Source of the DNA: the human T2T-CHM13v2.0 reference genome, Homo sapiens
Assembly (NCBI RefSeq): GCF_009914755.1
Contig: NC_060927.1
Reading direction: 5' to 3' (one strand)
DNA length: 64,000 bases
Below the pieces are notes generated by a model. The model had not been told where the DNA came from. It was given only the letters and a program-made list of their open reading frames with translations, and made no database searches. Positions 59,588 through 64,000 of the stretch are shown here, in pieces. Positions within the stretch are counted from its first letter, which is position 1. Every line of letters begins with the position of its first letter. Both the position numbers and the translations under genes were made by a program.

Positions 59588-59926
59588 TGTATTAATCTGT
59601 TCTCATACTGCTAATAAAGAATAGGCTGGGTAATTTATTTATAAAAGGGGTTTAATTGACTCACTGTTCCACGTGGCTGGGGAGGCCTCACAATCAAGGC
59701 AGATGGCGAAGGGGAAGCAAGACACGTCTTTGTGGCAGCAGGCAAGAAGGTGTGTGCAGGGGAACTGCCCTTTTATAGAACAGTCAGATCTCATGAGACT
59801 TATTCATTATCATGAGAACAGCATGGGAAAATCCCACGTCCATGATACAGTTACCTCCCAAGGGCTTCCTCCCACGACACGTGGGGATTATTACAATTCA
59901 AGGTGAGATTTGAACAAACCATATCA
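59588..59926 (-). mobile_element. THE1 (THE1C/D-like) solo MaLR LTR
   Basis: Minus strand reads TGATATGGTTTG...AATAAGTCTCATGAGATCTGA...TATAAAAGGGCAGTTCCCCTGCAC...GTGAGGCCTCCCCAGCCACGTGGAACAGTGAGTC...TAATACA. Confidence 0.93.
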
Positions 59927-60149
59927 CATTACAACAAAAAACTACCTGACAGTAAAATAAATATATATTACATAGACAGTCTTTTACATTTCAAACTTTA
60001 ATGTCAGTCAACTATTCAGCAGCTAAATAGTCAAATTTCAAAACATTAGTGAGCTATGTGCACTTCTTTATTTTGTTTTAACATGCCCCAGTTTGCTTCT
60101 TCCTTTCAGAATGCTCAGCCTATCAGAATTAACCAGTGAGAAAAGGGAA

Positions 60150-60320
60150 CCTAGTGCTCAATGGCTTGGGCTCTGGAGTCAGTCATTTTGGGTCTTTAAT
60201 CATTGCTCAACCTATGACCTTAAGAAAATTACTTCACCTACAAGTTCATTTATTCCTTTGTAAAATTAATATAATAATATTTTCCACAAAGTGTTCAGTA
60301 AGTGAATTGAAGGTGAGCTA
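60150..60320 (+). mobile_element. MIR
   Basis: gggctctggagtcag...tgaccttaagaaaattacttcacct...tgtaaaat. Confidence 0.65.
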
Positions 60321-61847
60321 CCTCTTCAAGATAACAGAAGCCCTTTGTCTCAAGCAAGGGTAGGTGAACTGGGCCCATATTTTTTACATATTTAGAGTTA
60401 TATTTTCATTTTGTTGACATAGTTATTCTTTTCCTGCTCTTGAAGATATTTCACAAAAAGGCGTTATTCCCTTAATTGAGAAAAAAACTTGTCAGGAAGA
60501 CAAATACTACAAAGTAAACACTCATGAATTCTAAGAGGTATAATGTGAAACACCAGCTATTTCTGACTCATTATTTCACCTTATTATCTGAATTGTTCTT
60601 CAGTGCTCAGGTACTTTTTACTGACTAAAGTTAGCTCTGAATTTTGGTGGTAGTAAAGATATGTTGGCACTGTAGAAGTTTTTCTAGTATCATGAGATAG
60701 CCAGAGTACAATGGGGGGTAGAAATAAAATGTGAAAATCAAAGGCCAATTCCAATTTTATTTAAATAGATATTTGCCCATTAAAGACATACAAAAAGTAA
60801 ACCTAGACAATTTCTAAGAATGTCCATCCTAATAGCTTGATAAAGAATATATATTCATATAGAATAAGTGAATTTCTTAATGTTTTTAGGATTTCTTAAT
60901 GTTTTTAGGATGATCTTAAGATTCTTAAAAATTAATCAAGACTTTTTTTTCTTACATATTTTCAGAAAACTAAAATCTCACATGGCCTTTTCATTTATAC
61001 ACATCTGGACCATTTTATGTAGTTGGGCGGGCCATGCAGTTTGTATCTTATGGGGCAACATTCACAACATAGACATCAGAAATTTGTGTATTTTTAACAA
61101 CCATTTACAGGCAGATGGCAGTAAACTGTCTCCTTGTAACAAAATGACTGTATTATGACAAATTTTAGCCAGATGGAAGTCAAGTGTCTTGAGGACACTT
61201 GTCTTATATGTACCTCTTGCCCATATGGTGTCTTTATGCATATTAGTAAGAGCTCAAAATTTAACCAATATAAAATGTTGACATTTTCTAACCCTAAAAT
61301 GCAAAGAACAAATAGGGTAATGCATGAAAACTCTAAGTACTATCTATACCCAGGCATCCAACAAAAAATTAGTACTCATTTTATTATTATTAATATAATA
61401 ATTATAATAAGTTTAAGCTTTATAATAATGATAGTAAGAAAACTCCTAAAACTATTTCCTTTTCTAAAATTCATGACCGTAACCTTATTAACCACCAGAA
61501 GTTACACCACCATGGCACTTTCATCATATAAATCATTTTAATGTTTTTTCTTCAGTCATAAACAATAAATTTCTACAAAACTATAGCCACATGAAAAAAT
61601 GGCCTTATTTTTAATAAAAATTATACCCTAATGAAAATATTAACATTTATTAAAAAATTTCTATAAGCTAAGTATACATAAGAACATCATGAAGTAAAAA
61701 AAAAATTATGATAAAGTACTTTTCATCTATTATTTAAACAGAATTAATCCATTTCCAAGTTTATTCAACTCTGAAGGTCGCCATTTCTCTTTGTGGTACA
61801 ATTAAAAAATAATTCTTGCCCTAAAAAGGTTTTTGTCGCTTTGCAAA

Positions 61848-62154
61848 TTTTTTTTTTTTTTTTTTTTTTTGAGACGAAGCCTCGCTCTGCTGCTAGACTG
61901 GAGTGCAGCAGCGTGATCTCAGCTCACTGCAACCTCCACCTCCCAGGTTCAAACGATTCTCTTGCCTGCCTCAGCCTCCCAAGTAGCTGGGACTACAGGC
62001 ATGTGCCACCACGCCTGGCTAGTTTTTTGTATTTTTACTAGAGACTGGGTTTCACCATATTAACCAGGATGGTCTCGATCTCCTGACCTTATGATCTGCC
62101 CACCTCGGCCTCCCAAAGTGCTGGGATTACAGGCGTGAGCCACCACACCCAGCC
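61848..62154 (-). mobile_element. AluSc-like
   Basis: ccaggatggtctcgatctcctgacct; TSD tgcaaat. Confidence 0.93.
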
Positions 62155-63069
62155 TGCAAATGTATTTCTAACCCCATAGCTTTCAGCAGCTTATGGCAAG
62201 AAAGTAATTTTCACAAGTCATGTGAAAATCACTAAGCAGAAGTGAAAACCTTTCAAATTATACTACTACCTTTATAATTGTAGTACATAGAAATAGAATG
62301 GTAAATATATACATTCTTATTTATTTTTTAAATTTTCTTCAAGATGAGATCCATTTCTTTCATTTTTCAATCTTAATAGTGCAATCAAACTAATTTGACT
62401 AATCCCATTATTCCCCAACTCACTTCACCTCACCACCTAATCCCATTCTCAATTCCAGAGGCACAAAAATATGCTAACTATTAACAGCTGGACTTAATTC
62501 TAGTCAAGAGATGTTGTCAACGTCCTTATGGCAACTCCTAGCAAAAAACACTGATAATTGAACAAAATAAAACTTACAATATGCTCACTCAGAGGCCAAG
62601 AGTATAGACATGTTGACGCCAATATATTTTAATATATTTATTAAATTGTCAGGGTTTACTTTTTGTATGTCTTTAATAGACAAATATATGTTTAAATAAA
62701 ATTGGAATTGGCCTTTGATTTTCACATTTTATTTCTAGCCCCATTGCACTCTGGCTATGTTATGATACTAGAAAAACTTCTACAGTGCCAACATATCTTT
62801 ACTACCCATATACGGGTACCACATACTAAAATTTTTGTTTGTTAAGATTTTAGCTCTGTTGTGTCAACAAGTGCTCATGTTTTGACTAACGTATCTGATA
62901 ACGAGCAATAAACTGTATCATGAGATTATCATCAATACTTAGTTCCTAATTTATTCATTTTTGTCTTCCTGAAAGCTGTAAGGTAATGGTAATGCTGTGG
63001 ATCTAAAAACCAATACGGGACAGTGAAGGACTGTGACCAATCTATTAATGTAGTTCAATGGCCAAACAT

Positions 63070-63870
<801 letters not shown>

Positions 63871-64000
63871 TAACAATGGATGCATCTAGTTGCATCTAGT
63901 TAATATACCAGAGAGAACTACCAAACCTAACTTCTATTTTCCACTCTAAAACTGCTTCCTATTTGTTCACTGAGTACCTGCGTCTAACCATGTTATTTGA

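Noticed and set aside
60868-61541. Two overlapping ORFs (96 and 128 aa) resembling an operon
   Set aside because: AT-rich low-complexity translations in a mammalian intron with no recognisable motifs.

Overview
AT-rich primate (almost certainly human) genomic DNA, not prokaryotic. The window lies inside NAALADL2 (+ strand) and holds two internal coding exons: 19449-19722 (274 nt) and 41957-42076 (120 nt). They join in frame as ...SAKGTLK|AEVIDVSYG..., and I recognise them from memory as exons 3 and 4. The rest is intron packed with interspersed repeats: 16 Alus, old L1, L2 and MIR fragments, a near full-length Tigger1, Tigger3b, MER30, MER45A, a hAT-Charlie fragment, and MER61-like, MLT1A/MST, THE1 and MER34-like LTRs. 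Nearly all other entries in the ORF track are spurious Alu, L1 or low-complexity frames. I see no evidence of a new multi-gene system. The best leads are: (1) a minus-strand THE1 LTR with TATA box, splice donor and four RCGTG cores upstream of a chain of candidate antisense exons, probably NAALADL2-AS2; (2) a weak exon-4 donor allowing read-through to a truncated isoform; (3) inverted Alus bracketing the exons; (4) a Thr codon at the M194T position; (5) a 29-bp foldback hairpin interrupted by a collapsed Alu. Repeat subfamily names, exon numbers and gene annotations come from recalled consensus sequences and need RepeatMasker or BLAT confirmation.
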